Source: Sedimentisphaerales bacterium (GTDB lineage: Bacteria; Planctomycetota; Phycisphaerae; Sedimentisphaerales; UBA12454). Taken from it: 64,000 nt of DNA. Position numbers and translations under genes: made by a program. The stretch spans positions 245,097 through 309,096 of the forward strand of contig JBEKRK010000003.1 of the NCBI GenBank assembly GCA_049518795.1, given 5' to 3'. This document shows, piece by piece, positions 28,019 to 38,872 of this stretch; the stretch's first letter is position 1; each line of letters starts with the position of its first letter. A model generated the notes under the pieces. That model did no database searches, was not told where the DNA came from, and was given only the letters and a program-made list of their open reading frames with translations.

Positions 28019-29164
28019 GTGGAAGGCAACTCAGCAAATATACGAAATTGGCTCAAACTTGTTCGAGCCCAGGGTGTCGGTTCGACCATTTTTATCAGAC
28101 TATTGAAGCATTTTGGCTCGGTAGAGGCGGCACTTGGCGCAAGTGCCGGCGAACTTGCAAAGGTCGAGGACATCGGCCAAAAAACGGCGGAGGAAATCTG
28201 CCGAACAAGAGATAAATTTGATGTTGAAAAGGAAATTGCCCTTGCTGAAAAGCTCGGCGTGTGGATTATAAACATTGAAGATGACCGTTTCCCTGTCCTG
28301 CTGAAGAAAATCTACGACCCGCCTCCGGTTCTTTATATTAAAGGCACTCTCGAAAAATCAGACAGCTTCGCAATCGCAATTGTCGGCTCGCGCAGATGCA
28401 GCTATTATGGAAGCGAGCAGGCTTCACGATTCGCTCATTTGCTTGCGAGCATCGGTGTTACAATAGTATCTGGTATGGCAAGAGGCATTGACAGCGCAGC
28501 ACACAGCGGCGCTTTGAGTGCAAACGGCAGAACTTTTGCCGTGCAGGGCTGCGGCTTAGCGAGGATATTTCCGCCTGAAAACAAGCAGCTTTTTGAAAAA
28601 ATCTCTCAAAACGGCGCCTGCATAAGCGAACTGCCCCTTGAATATGAACCATTGGCGGAAAATTTTCCGCCTCGAAACAGAATTATCGCAGGTCTTTCGC
28701 TTGCCGTAATCGTTGTTGAGGCAATGTCTCGTTCGGGCGCTCTGATAACCGCAAGGGCGGCTCTCGAAAACGATAGAGAGGTAATGGCCATTCCCGGCAA
28801 GGTTGATTCGCCTCTTTCAAAAGGGCCGCATAGTCTAATCAAGCAGGGAGCTAAACTTATTGAATCCGTCGAGGATGTAATTGAGGCATTTGAGTATCTG
28901 CAAAACGATTTTAAGGAATATGTTTCACAGTCCACAGGCAAATCCATTCAGAATGTTGAAAAATCTCTCTTTGATGTTTCGCAGTTGAATTTAACCGATG
29001 TTGAGAGAAAGATGTTTGATTGTCTCAATAATGAACCTGTCCATATCGAGCAGATAATAACTCAAACCGGCATTTCAGCTGGCAAGGTCAACGCTGCTTT
29101 GGTTTCTCTGCGATTAAAAGGAATTGTAAAGCAGTTGCCTGCGGATTACTTCGTGAAAAGATAA
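28019..29164 (+). CDS. dprA: DNA-processing protein DprA
   Basis: IYDPPPVLYIKG, AIVGSR, IVSGMARGID, NFPPRNRIIAGLS, SGALITA, LIKQGAKL; GTG start with a GAGG RBS. Confidence 0.95.
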   Translation: MEGNSANIRNWLKLVRAQGVGSTIFIRLLKHFGSVEAALGASAGELAKVEDIGQKTAEEICRTRDKFDVEKEIALAEKLGVWIINIEDDRFPVLLKKIYDPPPVLYIKGTLEKSDSFAIAIVGSRRCSYYGSEQASRFAHLLASIGVTIVSGMARGIDSAAHSGALSANGRTFAVQGCGLARIFPPENKQLFEKISQNGACISELPLEYEPLAENFPPRNRIIAGLSLAVIVVEAMSRSGALITARAALENDREVMAIPGKVDSPLSKGPHSLIKQGAKLIESVEDVIEAFEYLQNDFKEYVSQSTGKSIQNVEKSLFDVSQLNLTDVERKMFDCLNNEPVHIEQIITQTGISAGKVNAALVSLRLKGIVKQLPADYFVKR

Positions 29165-29323
29165 TTTTTAATCGCTGAGAACGCGGATTTTGGGAAATCG
29201 GGCTTTCTTGCTTTATACCGACAGATGTGGGATATTATAAGGAAACAATATAATCAGTTATTAGGTGCGTTTTCTTTTATGGATAACTTTAGTAAATATT
29301 AATCAAAGCTGAAAGCTAGTGGC

Positions 29324-31618
29324 ATGGCATCAAAAACAACAAAATATGACCTAACGGAAGCCACAGACTACTTAGGTTTTGAGTCGCTTTGTCATGATCT
29401 TATGTCACGTGAAGGCTACAAATCCATCCAGCCGCTTGGCGGAACCGGTGACAAGGGTAGAGATGCCATTCACTTCGATAAATCGACATCTATTTCGACG
29501 GTGTTTGCATACAGCGTTAGAAAAGATTGGGAAAGCAAACTAAACGAGGATCTGGAAAAGGTACGTCGTTATGCACATAAATGCGATCTGTTTGTATTTG
29601 TTTTCACTTCTCGAATATCGGCGAGAAAATTCGACGAGAAAAAGAGAGCAGTTAAGCAAACGTATGGATGGGAGCTAGATATATATGATCTGGAACGAAT
29701 TTCAACGCTTATAGATAACCACCACCTAGACTTGATAAGCCTTCACCCAAATATATTTCATATTTCTTCAAGAATAATTGGCTTTAAGCCCTGTCAGGAT
29801 TTTGATCCAAAGCAATATGCTGGCTATATGCTTGGATTGCACGAATTGTGGGTTGAACAATACACTCCACTATTAGCCGAACACAGAGAAATCGATACAT
29901 TTGTGGGACTGCAAGGTGAAACAGAGATTTTGTCAAAAGTTCCAGTTGTTGATATACCTGAAAAAGGTCGAATATCTATGTTGCTGGGTGAATCTGGAGC
30001 TGGAAAAACCACCTCTTTGTGGGAAATTGTAGTACGGTTTTGTCACTTGTTGACCGAGGATGGCAATGCTAGCGTACCAGTTTTATTTAGCCTAAAGAGC
30101 TGGTCGCCTACAAAGAAGTGTCGTGAACTTTTACAAGAGCAGTTTTCATTGTTGGACATACCTGAATCAGTTATTGAGCAGCATCTTAAGCGTGGTTCTT
30201 TCCTTTTACTTATAGATGGTTTCAATGAAGTTCTGGGGGCAAATAATACAGAATGTTATTTGGATATTGCTAATTTTATATCAGCCTACCGAAATAATAG
30301 TTATGTAATTGCATGTAGAAGTTCTGATTTCAATGCGAATTTAATTCCGACCGAAGAATGCAGACCACCTTTGCCAGATATCAATATATATGAGATCTGT
30401 CGTTTAGACAGGAAACAGGTAATTGAATATTCAAACTCATACTTTGCTAAATATTCAATGTCATCAGAGGAGTTTTTTGATCGCCTTCATATCCATGATG
30501 ATGATGTCTGGGAAGATATTACTGAATCTGTTCAGCTGACTCGAATTCCATTATATCTGCAAATATATTTAGATGTATTTCGTCAAACTAGTCGTCTACC
30601 AGACGGTAGGGTAATGTTACTTAAATCGCTTGTTGATCGAATTCTAGATCGTGAGGGTGCTCGTAGAAATATTGGTGTGGATAAACTCGCAAATGAATAC
30701 CTATTGGGTGGATTATCTTTTCGGTCAACCGAATCAGGTTATTCAATGAGATTTCCAGAACGTTATGCACATAAACAAATAATAGAAATACTGGAGATAC
30801 TAAAAACTCGCGGAATTATCACAGCCGCAGTAACTTTCGGTGAAATATGGCGAGGTATATTATCAGCTAATTTCATCAAGTCAGTAAATGGGCATTCTGT
30901 TGAATGGCTGCATCAACTTATTCGTGATTATTTCCTCGGTGTTGAGTATGCTCGAATTTTGGACGAAGTTGATGAAACTCAACTGAGATGCTTAACACAA
31001 CGATTGATGAACAAGGTATGGGATACGGCCTACACAATTGCACTAGGTTTGCTAGATGAACGGAGTGGTGCCACTTTTCTTTGGTTGTTGATAAATGCAA
31101 GTGAAGAAAATGCCAGAAGAGCTTTTGAGAACCAAACAGAGTCTGTTCGCACAGCACTTATTAACAATTTAGTATGTAACATACTGGAAAAAGGAGACTA
31201 CGATACAAAGAAATTAAAAACCATATCACGTGCTCTCCCTTACCCAGAGGTTGTAGAAGGGCTAGACTCCCAATTTGACTCTACTAGCAGTGATGAGATG
31301 CGTGCCTTGCTAATTGAAGCTATCTCAGAAATGGTTATAGAGCACTATCCTAAACTTTGTTCATCCGATAAATATTTATGGTCTGCATTATATGAAGCTA
31401 GAAGTCAGGAAACAAAGAAAGCAGTTCAAAGAAGCGAAGAACTACTAAGAAAGTATCTAAGAAATAAGAATGAAATTGTTAGCTTCTATGCAGTGAAAGG
31501 CTTATGGGAGCATGATCGACCTGCTGCAGTAGCTCAACTTAAAGAGCTTAAGCTTAGCACAAACCCAATGGTCATTTCAAGGGTTAACGATCTGATTTAC
31601 GAGTGGGGAATTGATTAA
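29324..31618 (+). CDS. NACHT NTPase with N-terminal restriction-endonuclease-like domain and helical C-terminus (probable anti-phage NLR-like protein)
   Basis: FESLCHDLM..GGTGDKGRDA; Walker A GESGAGKTT; Walker B LLLIDGFNE; IPLYL; WLHQLIRDYF winged-helix motif; atypical base composition. Confidence 0.8.
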   Translation: MASKTTKYDLTEATDYLGFESLCHDLMSREGYKSIQPLGGTGDKGRDAIHFDKSTSISTVFAYSVRKDWESKLNEDLEKVRRYAHKCDLFVFVFTSRISARKFDEKKRAVKQTYGWELDIYDLERISTLIDNHHLDLISLHPNIFHISSRIIGFKPCQDFDPKQYAGYMLGLHELWVEQYTPLLAEHREIDTFVGLQGETEILSKVPVVDIPEKGRISMLLGESGAGKTTSLWEIVVRFCHLLTEDGNASVPVLFSLKSWSPTKKCRELLQEQFSLLDIPESVIEQHLKRGSFLLLIDGFNEVLGANNTECYLDIANFISAYRNNSYVIACRSSDFNANLIPTEECRPPLPDINIYEICRLDRKQVIEYSNSYFAKYSMSSEEFFDRLHIHDDDVWEDITESVQLTRIPLYLQIYLDVFRQTSRLPDGRVMLLKSLVDRILDREGARRNIGVDKLANEYLLGGLSFRSTESGYSMRFPERYAHKQIIEILEILKTRGIITAAVTFGEIWRGILSANFIKSVNGHSVEWLHQLIRDYFLGVEYARILDEVDETQLRCLTQRLMNKVWDTAYTIALGLLDERSGATFLWLLINASEENARRAFENQTESVRTALINNLVCNILEKGDYDTKKLKTISRALPYPEVVEGLDSQFDSTSSDEMRALLIEAISEMVIEHYPKLCSSDKYLWSALYEARSQETKKAVQRSEELLRKYLRNKNEIVSFYAVKGLWEHDRPAAVAQLKELKLSTNPMVISRVNDLIYEWGID

Positions 31619-31677
31619 CGAGTCATTGGTACAGCCCACCATTTATTTAATCGAAGTGCGGGACAGGCGAATCAAAA

Positions 31678-32340
31678 TTATTTTTTGAGGTTTTTCATAA
31701 AACCAAATTCGAGCTGGGAATTTGCGCTGCACTTTGTTTTGTATTTTTTTAAATCCTCGTTTAACAAAATACTCCTGAAAGGCTCATATTGCCAGCAGGG
31801 GAAATTAAGAGGGGCATACTCCTCCTCGCCGGCCTGCAGGACAAATCTGTCACGCGCAAAAGCGGCTATAACTCTATTAGCGGGACTATCCGGCAGTTGA
31901 AACCGCAGTTCTTTTCCATCGGCCGCTAAAAACCTTCCCGTACAATAAGCTCTTTTGCCCGGATGTTTGATGAAAACGCCAAAAAAGCCGGTTCCATTAA
32001 TACATTTTTTGTTCAGATTATTCTGCCTTTTTGTTACTAAACGCAATTGGCTTCTTCGGTTGTCAAGAGGGTCCCTGTTTTTATGGTCAACAATCTGCCC
32101 CTTTTTTGCGTTCATTACGAACCGGGCGAGCGGAACATAACGCGAAGGCTTTTTGCCGATAACAATAACCGGATAACCATCCAAAGATATATATACCGAA
32201 GTAATGTTGCCATTATATTTTCTGTTAGGCGGGTTACGCTGGGTGTTAAAGATTTTACGATAAATATCGGGGTCAACTTTGATAATCCTGCCCTGGACTT
32301 TGAACATCAGATAATCGATTTTTCGTTTGGGTAATGGCAT
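31678..32340 (-). CDS. HNH endonuclease with degenerate AP2-like C-terminus
   Basis: LARFVMNA..IVDHKNRDPLDNRRSQLRLVTKRQN, GFFGV, AAFARD...PLNFP. Confidence 0.8.
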   Translation of the reverse strand: MPLPKRKIDYLMFKVQGRIIKVDPDIYRKIFNTQRNPPNRKYNGNITSVYISLDGYPVIVIGKKPSRYVPLARFVMNAKKGQIVDHKNRDPLDNRRSQLRLVTKRQNNLNKKCINGTGFFGVFIKHPGKRAYCTGRFLAADGKELRFQLPDSPANRVIAAFARDRFVLQAGEEEYAPLNFPCWQYEPFRSILLNEDLKKYKTKCSANSQLEFGFMKNLKK

Positions 32341-32492
32341 AAACAAGACCCTAAAATAGTTAAATAATCACATAATTTATGCCAATATTATACCATATTC
32401 AAATTAAAATGCAAGGTAAAAACAATAAATTTGCAAAAAAAATTTGCCTTTATTCAAATTGAAATTTAAGGTGATAAATTGAGGTTATAAGT

Positions 32493-32702
32493 TTATTTCG
32501 GAAAAAAATTTGCCTTTATCCAGTTGAAATTCAGCGCAAGATGAGCAATTATGAGGAAAACTAATAATGTTGCGCCTCCTACGTGAAACGTTTCAAAAGC
32601 CCAGGCCGGCAGTTTCGGACCAAGCGAACCAGTTACAATCTGGTTAATAATCAAAAGTCCCAGAACCGGATTTAGAATCTTAAGCACAGTAGTTTTTTTC
32701 AT
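32493..32702 (-). CDS. Small membrane protein with two TM helices and two His residues
   Basis: Two hydrophobic segments, FETFH and IAHLALN; GGAG RBS. Confidence 0.7.
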   Translation of the reverse strand: MKKTTVLKILNPVLGLLIINQIVTGSLGPKLPAWAFETFHVGGATLLVFLIIAHLALNFNWIKANFFPK

Positions 32703-32713
32703 TTTTGTCTCCC

Positions 32714-33169
32714 TCAGACAAAAACTGTTTTTTTTATTCTCAAAAGTTTAAAGCCGCTTTCAGGGTCGGTCTCTCTTTTAGCGTCAATGCCTGTTATTTC
32801 GATAATCGTTACTTCAAGGATTAAAAATATACTTGCTCCGCCGCGGGGACAGCCGACTATGTGGTTATCGCCTCTGCCTAACCCAGCGTGCAGGTGTAAT
32901 TTCGGTTTGCCTGCGTCGTCGCAGTAGATTGTGCCTACGCCGAGTGTTTCGCCCGGCCCTTCGAATTTTTTAAAATCGGCCTCAATTTTCGGCGTTTCAG
33001 TTTTAGGGCCGACGACAACGTCAGCTTTTCTGATTCCACCTGTTATCAGCACCGCCGCGGATTTTATTTTCTCTTTTTCAGCGATTGATTCGATGGATTC
33101 ATAAAGCTCCTCGCCTTCGAAAAGCCTTGCAGCGATTATTCTGCCCGTTTTGCCGACTGCATATTCCAT
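32714..33169 (-). CDS. PPC/DUF296 domain protein
   Basis: GRIIAARLFEGEEL, ETLGVGTI, LHLHAGLG, ILEVTIIE. Confidence 0.85.
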   Translation of the reverse strand: MEYAVGKTGRIIAARLFEGEELYESIESIAEKEKIKSAAVLITGGIRKADVVVGPKTETPKIEADFKKFEGPGETLGVGTIYCDDAGKPKLHLHAGLGRGDNHIVGCPRGGASIFLILEVTIIEITGIDAKRETDPESGFKLLRIKKTVFV

Positions 33170-33290
33170 AAATGTCTCCAATAGAAACGATATTAAATAT
33201 AAAGAATAAAAATGAAAAAATACAGATAAAAATTAGAGATGACAAATTTGAACGTGATGCGGCGAAATGCAAAATTTTTTATTTTTGATT

Positions 33291-33884
33291 TTAAATAATT
33301 GCTATTGCCTGATTTATTGTCTTTGCAATCTCGGCAGTATCTAATGTCTTTGTTATGCAGAAGTCATACCCCTTGTTCAGAACGTTCTGTGCTTCATTCT
33401 GTTTTAAACCCTCGGCGAGCGCAACTACTTTTGTGGTCCCCAAATCAGGATTTTTCCTGACGTTTTTGCATATATGGTCGGCATCAATATCGGATGCCAT
33501 TAAGTCTATTAGAATCACATGGGGCACGAATTTCTGGGCGATGAGTCCTGCGTCAAAACCGCTGTTTGCAATTTCCACGCCGAACGAAGGATTTTTACGC
33601 AAAGATTCGGCAAGGGTATTTGCCATTTGCCAGTCGCTGTCGATTAACAGTATTCTAACCTTGTCGTGTTCGAGCTGGCCGGTCGGCATATTATGCATTT
33701 TCATAAAGCGAATGAGTTCAGCCGCAGGAATTCTCCTGTCTCTGCCGCCGGGGATTCGATAGCCTTTCAGTTGGCCTGTGTCGAACCATTTGGTTACCGT
33801 CCGCGGAGCAACCTTGCAAATCTGAGCAACCTGACCGGTCGTCAGAATATCTTTTCTCTTATTGTTATTGTTATTATTATTCAT
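33291..33884 (-). CDS. Excisionase-type HTH plus receiver domain regulator
   Basis: LTTGQVAQICKVAPRTVTKWFDTGQLKGYRIPG..DRRI followed by RILLID...PHVILIDL. Confidence 0.88.
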   Translation of the reverse strand: MNNNNNNNKRKDILTTGQVAQICKVAPRTVTKWFDTGQLKGYRIPGGRDRRIPAAELIRFMKMHNMPTGQLEHDKVRILLIDSDWQMANTLAESLRKNPSFGVEIANSGFDAGLIAQKFVPHVILIDLMASDIDADHICKNVRKNPDLGTTKVVALAEGLKQNEAQNVLNKGYDFCITKTLDTAEIAKTINQAIAII

Positions 33885-34199
33885 AAAATCTCTATGGACT
33901 TTAATGCTATCTGTTTTTTCGACTTAAAAACTACCCAATTTAACAAAGAATTTATTTTTTGCCGATTGAACGGCCAAAATCTCTTCAAATTAGACATAGT
34001 CCGATAATTTTGTATATCCGGCAAAACCACTAAATATGTGAAGCTCCACAGCCTTTCGGCCATAGATACTTCACATACTTAATGCATCGTTTGTCAAAAC
34101 AGGCTTCTTCCCAACCCTCGGCGAGAAGTTTTCCACTTTTTGCACTCGTTTTATGACCTTTATCCGCCCCCAAGCGGCTAAATTTTTTTCAGAAACCTG

Positions 34200-34240
34200 T
34201 TGACAAATAGTTCTAATTACTATATAGTAGCAATTACTAT
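34200..34240 (+). promoter_or_regulatory. Sigma70 promoter overlapped by two tandem Fur/PerR-type palindromic boxes
   Basis: TTGACA(34200)-17-TATAGT(34223); ATAGTTCTAATTACTAT 34207-34223 and ATAGTAGCAATTACTAT 34224-34240. Confidence 0.8.
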
Positions 34241-34303
34241 TTTGTTCATAGGTTTTGATTAAATTATTTCAGATTAAGATTGATTACATTAATTTAAGGC
34301 AGT

Positions 34304-34753
34304 TTGAAGTTGAAGGAATTTGAAAATAACCTTATAAAGTTATATAACTGCTGTAAAAAGCATAAGTTAAAGATAACTCCTCAGCGTGTTGAGGTTTACA
34401 AAGCCCTTGTCGCGTCCAGCGACCACCCATCCGCAGAGACAGTTTATGAGAAGGTCAGGCAGGTTTTGCCGAATGTTTCGCTGGATACCGTCAACAGGAC
34501 GCTGAATACATTAAATGAAATTGGCGCTGCTTTTATTGTTGAGGGCAGCGGCGATGTGAAACGTTTCGATGGGAATCTGGAAACTCATCAGCATTTTAAA
34601 TGTATAAAGTGTAAAAAGATTTTTGACTTTCATCACGATGGCTTTGAGAATATAACTTCGCCAGACAAATTAAAGCAGGAATTCAGGGTGTTAAAGACTA
34701 CAGTTTATGTTGAGGGATTATGCCGACCGTGTTTCGAGAAGGGACAAGTTTAG
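34304..34753 (+). CDS. perR: Fur-family peroxide-responsive repressor
   Basis: ITPQR, HPSAETVY, RFD..HQHFKCIKC, CRPC; heads an oxidative-stress operon. Confidence 0.85.
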   Translation: MKLKEFENNLIKLYNCCKKHKLKITPQRVEVYKALVASSDHPSAETVYEKVRQVLPNVSLDTVNRTLNTLNEIGAAFIVEGSGDVKRFDGNLETHQHFKCIKCKKIFDFHHDGFENITSPDKLKQEFRVLKTTVYVEGLCRPCFEKGQV

Positions 34754-34848
34754 TTTTAAACAAGTAATTGCGAAGCGGTTTTCAGGGATATTCCTGTGTT
34801 TAAATAAAGAAAATAACGTTAAATTAAATTGACTTACGGAGGTAAACT

Positions 34849-35421
34849 ATGGACTTAAAAGGCAGGCAGACAGAAAAGAATTTGCTTACAGCATTTGCCG
34901 GTGAATCACAGGCTCGAAACAGATATACATATTTTGCTTCAGCCGCGAAGAAAGAAGGTTTCGAGCAGATATCGGCGATTTTCACTGAAACGTCGGAGCA
35001 GGAAAAGGAGCACGCAAAAAGAGAATTTAAGTTCCTGCAGGGCGGAGAGGTCGAAATTCAAGCGGCCTTTCCGGCTGGTGTAATCGGCTCAACGCTGGAA
35101 AATCTTAAAGCGGCGGCAGCGGGTGAAAATTACGAAACGATGCAAATGTATCCTGATTTCGCTAAGGTTGCCGATAAGGAAGGCTTTACGGAAATAGCAA
35201 AGGTCTTTCGAGCCATTGCGGTTGCTGAAAAGAGACACCGCGACAGATATTTGAAGCTTGCCGACAATATTGAAGCAACCAGAGTATTCAGACGTGAAAA
35301 ACCCGTTCGATGGGTCTGCAGAAACTGCGGTTATGTTTCCGAAGGCAAAGAGGCGCTTGATAACTGCCCGGCCTGTGCCCATCCTATGGCGTATGCGGAA
35401 ATTGAAGCAGCGAACTTTTAA
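34849..35421 (+). CDS. rbr: Rubrerythrin
   Basis: [45 protein letters not shown]. Confidence 0.95.
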   Translation: MDLKGRQTEKNLLTAFAGESQARNRYTYFASAAKKEGFEQISAIFTETSEQEKEHAKREFKFLQGGEVEIQAAFPAGVIGSTLENLKAAAAGENYETMQMYPDFAKVADKEGFTEIAKVFRAIAVAEKRHRDRYLKLADNIEATRVFRREKPVRWVCRNCGYVSEGKEALDNCPACAHPMAYAEIEAANF

Positions 35422-35438
35422 AATTCAAGGGGTGTGTT

Positions 35439-35954
35439 ATGCCTGAGAGAAAAGGATTGGTAACAATGAAAGGCAAACCCATTGTGCTTTTGGGTAATGC
35501 CGTCAAGGTCGGCGACAAGGCGCCGGACTTTGAAGTCGTCGCGAAAGACCTTTCTACTGTTAAATTTTCTTCTTTCGCTGGAAAAATCTGCATCATCTCC
35601 TGTGTCCCTTCGCTTGATACGAGCGTCTGCGATATTATGACGCGAAGATTCAATGAAGAAGCTGTTAAACTCGGCGATGATGTTGTGGTTCTGGCGATTA
35701 GTATGGATTTGCCTTTCGGCCAGAACAGATGGTGTATTGCCGCGGATGTGAAAAATGTCTATGTTTTCAGCGACCACAGAACGGCATCCTTCGGTCAGGC
35801 GTATGGTGTGCTTATTAAAGATTTAAGGCTTCTGGCAAGAGCGGTTTTTGTCGTTGACAGAGAGAGAATTGTTCGTTACGAGAATATAGTGCCGGAGTTA
35901 TCTCACGAGCCGGACTATGATGAAGTCCTCGAAGCAGTAAAAAAACTCTTGTAA
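35439..35954 (+). CDS. tpx: Thiol peroxidase
   Basis: VPSLDTSVC..TRRFN, ISMDLPF, LLARAVFV, EPDY. Confidence 0.95.
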   Translation: MPERKGLVTMKGKPIVLLGNAVKVGDKAPDFEVVAKDLSTVKFSSFAGKICIISCVPSLDTSVCDIMTRRFNEEAVKLGDDVVVLAISMDLPFGQNRWCIAADVKNVYVFSDHRTASFGQAYGVLIKDLRLLARAVFVVDRERIVRYENIVPELSHEPDYDEVLEAVKKLL

Positions 35955-35984
35955 TTTTATAAAATGGGTTTATGAAGGCTGACT

Positions 35985-37160
35985 ATGAGACAGGTAAAAC
36001 CGGATATATTCGAGGTCGGTGCGATTGACTGGGACAGGCGGCTCTTCGATGAGCTTATTCCTCTGCCGGACGGCACAAGCTACAATGCTTATCTTATAAA
36101 GGGCAGCGAAAAAACCGCTCTGATTGATACAGTTGACCCTACCAAAACAGAAACACTTATAATAAACCTCGCCGAGGCGGGGATTGAAAAAATTGATTAT
36201 CTCATCTCGCACCACGCCGAGCAGGACCACTCAGGCTCAATACCGGCTGTTCTTGAAATCTATCCCGATGCGAAAGTTGTTACAAACGAAAAATGCAAAA
36301 ATATGCTCATCGACCTGATGGGCATTGACGAGCAGAGATTTATTGTTATCGAAGATGGTCAGGAACTTTCGCTCGGAAACAAAACTCTTAAATTTGTATT
36401 TACACCGTGGGTGCATTGGCCGGAAACAATGGTAACATATCTGGCCGAAGATAAAATCCTGTTCTCCTGTGACTTTTTCGGCTCGCATCTGGCGACAAGT
36501 GATTTATTCGTTACAGACAAAGCAAGGGTTAATGAGTGCGCAAAGTGGTATTATGCTGAAATAATGATGCCGTTCAGAGGCCCGATTGAAAAGAATCTCG
36601 AAAAAATAAAAAATCTCGATATTAAAATCATTGCGCCGAGCCACGGCCCGTTATATAATGAGCCGGAGTTTATCATCGACGCCTACAAAAAATGGATAAA
36701 CGACGATGTCGAAAATAAAGTTATTGTCGCTTATGTCTCAATGCACGGCAGCACAAGGAAAATGGTTGAGCATCTTGTTGAATCGCTTATGGCAAAGGGT
36801 ATCGGTGTTCAGCAATTTAACCTCGTTGGCGGTGATATAGGCAGACTTGCCGTCGAGACGGTCGATGCCGCCGGAATTGTATTGGCAAGTCCAACGGTTC
36901 TTACAGGTGCTCATCCTGCGGCAGCTTATGCGGCGTTTTTAGTTAATGCCCTGCGGCCCAAGACGAAATATCTCGCCGTTATCGGCTCGTTCGGCTGGGG
37001 CGGCAGAATGGTCGAGCAGTTAAAGGGACTGCTGGCCAACAGCAAGGCTGAAATACTTGAGCCGGTCATCATAAAAGGAGAACCGAAAAAACAGGATTTC
37101 AAACAGCTTGATGAGCTGGCTGAAAAAATAGCGGGAAAGCATAAAGAACTGAAAAAATGA
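35985..37160 (+). CDS. fprA: Flavodiiron protein (A-type flavoprotein)
   Basis: [49 protein letters not shown]. Confidence 0.93.
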   Translation: MRQVKPDIFEVGAIDWDRRLFDELIPLPDGTSYNAYLIKGSEKTALIDTVDPTKTETLIINLAEAGIEKIDYLISHHAEQDHSGSIPAVLEIYPDAKVVTNEKCKNMLIDLMGIDEQRFIVIEDGQELSLGNKTLKFVFTPWVHWPETMVTYLAEDKILFSCDFFGSHLATSDLFVTDKARVNECAKWYYAEIMMPFRGPIEKNLEKIKNLDIKIIAPSHGPLYNEPEFIIDAYKKWINDDVENKVIVAYVSMHGSTRKMVEHLVESLMAKGIGVQQFNLVGGDIGRLAVETVDAAGIVLASPTVLTGAHPAAAYAAFLVNALRPKTKYLAVIGSFGWGGRMVEQLKGLLANSKAEILEPVIIKGEPKKQDFKQLDELAEKIAGKHKELKK

Positions 37161-37173
37161 GAAAGGGGCGGTT

Positions 37174-37548
37174 ATGGCAAAGAAACTTGAAATTTATAAA
37201 TGTATGATATGCGGCAATATCGTTGAAGTCACTCACGGCGGCGACGGCGAACTTGTCTGCTGCGGCCAGCCGATGAAGCTTTTTGTGGAAAATACCACGG
37301 ATGCGGCGAAGGAAAAGCACGTGCCGGTGATTGAGAAAATCGACGGCGGCTACAGAGTCAAAATCGGCTCCGTTCCTCATCCGATGGAAGAAAAGCATTA
37401 CATCGAATGGATTGAGCTGATTGCCGATGGAAAGGCATACAGGGAGTTTTTGTCGCCCGGCCAGAAGCCGGAAGCGGTTTTTAAAATAGATGCCGCGAAA
37501 GTCATCGCAAGGGAGTATTGTAATATCCACGGCCTGTGGAAGGCATAA
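37174..37548 (+). CDS. dfx: Desulfoferrodoxin (superoxide reductase)
   Basis: [43 protein letters not shown]. Confidence 0.95.
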   Translation: MAKKLEIYKCMICGNIVEVTHGGDGELVCCGQPMKLFVENTTDAAKEKHVPVIEKIDGGYRVKIGSVPHPMEEKHYIEWIELIADGKAYREFLSPGQKPEAVFKIDAAKVIAREYCNIHGLWKA

Positions 37549-37566
37549 TTCGGAAGGGAAATAGTT

Positions 37567-38073
37567 ATGATAAGCGAAAAAATAGTTAAAGCGTTGAATG
37601 ACCAGATAAACGCTGAATTATATTCGGCGTATCTGTATCTCGCTATGTCTGCGGATTTTCAGTCTAAAAATCTTGAAGGTTTTGCCAACTGGATGAAGGT
37701 GCAGACTCAGGAGGAAATGGTTCATGCGATGAAATTTTTTGATTTTATCGTTGAACGAATCGGCAAAGTCGAGCTTGAGGCAATACAAAAGCCGCCGGTT
37801 AATTGGCCTTCACCGCTGGCCATGTTTGAGGCCGCTTACAAGCACGAACAGCTTGTAACCGACAGGATACACAAGCTCGTTGAGCTTGCCCAGGGCGCCA
37901 AGGACCACGCCACGGAAAGTTTCCTTAAATGGTTTGTCGATGAGCAGGTCGAGGAAGAGGCCAGCACCGACAAAATTGTCCAGCAATTAAAACTTGTTAA
38001 GGATTCGACCGGCAGTTTGCTGATAATAGACCACCAGCTTGCCAAGCGGACATTCAATCCGCCGGCAAAATAA
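37567..38073 (+). CDS. ftnA: Non-heme ferritin
   Basis: NDQINAELYSAYLY, EEMVHAMK, HEQLVT, FLKWFVDEQVEEE. Confidence 0.93.
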   Translation: MISEKIVKALNDQINAELYSAYLYLAMSADFQSKNLEGFANWMKVQTQEEMVHAMKFFDFIVERIGKVELEAIQKPPVNWPSPLAMFEAAYKHEQLVTDRIHKLVELAQGAKDHATESFLKWFVDEQVEEEASTDKIVQQLKLVKDSTGSLLIIDHQLAKRTFNPPAK

Positions 38074-38101
38074 TATTGACCGGCTGTTGTAAAAGGATTT
38101 T

Positions 38102-38866
38102 ATGGAAACCGGCAAAATTGACTTAGAGGCTCTGTTTCAGCTAAATTACGGGATGTATATAGTCAGCTCCACAAAGGCTGATGCCGTTAACGGCTGTATC
38201 GCCAATACTGTTTTTCAGTTAACTCCTGAACCGCCGGTTATTGCGGTCAGCATCAGCAAGGAAAACCTTACGCACGAATTTATAATCAGCAGCGGTTTTT
38301 TTGCCGCTTCGGTGCTTGCTGAAGATGCGCCTGTGAAGTTTACTGGAATGTTTGGCTTCCGCTCCGGAAGAGATATAGATAAATTCAAACAGACAGCTTT
38401 TAAAAGGGGCGTAACAGGCTGTCCGATTGTGCTTGAGAACACTACCGGCTATGTTGAGGCAGAGGTTATCAATACGGTTGATGTCGGAAGCCATACGTTG
38501 TTTATAGGCAAAGTTATTGCTTGTGAGCAGTTCAACAACGGCAAAATCGCTATGACTTATAATTATTACCGCGACGTCAAGGGCGGCAGAACACCAAGAA
38601 CAGCAGCGACTTATCAAATAAAGAAATCTTTAAAACCCGCTTCGCCGCGAGGCGAGCAGGAAAAACAGAAAACAACCATTTCAAAAGGAGACAAAGCTAT
38701 GAAATATAAATGTCTTATGTGCGGTTATATTTACGACCCTGAAAAGGGCGACCCGGATAACGATATTGAGCCCGGCACGGATTTTGAGGATTTGCCGGAT
38801 ACCTGGGTTTGTCCCGAATGCGGCGCGGCGAAGGACGAATTCGAGCCGGTAAGCTCGGAAGATTAG
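38102..38866 (+). CDS. hrb: High-molecular-weight rubredoxin (flavin reductase plus rubredoxin)
   Basis: [36 protein letters not shown] and C-terminal [20 protein letters not shown]. Confidence 0.88.
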   Translation: METGKIDLEALFQLNYGMYIVSSTKADAVNGCIANTVFQLTPEPPVIAVSISKENLTHEFIISSGFFAASVLAEDAPVKFTGMFGFRSGRDIDKFKQTAFKRGVTGCPIVLENTTGYVEAEVINTVDVGSHTLFIGKVIACEQFNNGKIAMTYNYYRDVKGGRTPRTAATYQIKKSLKPASPRGEQEKQKTTISKGDKAMKYKCLMCGYIYDPEKGDPDNDIEPGTDFEDLPDTWVCPECGAAKDEFEPVSSED

Positions 38867-38872
38867 AAGACA

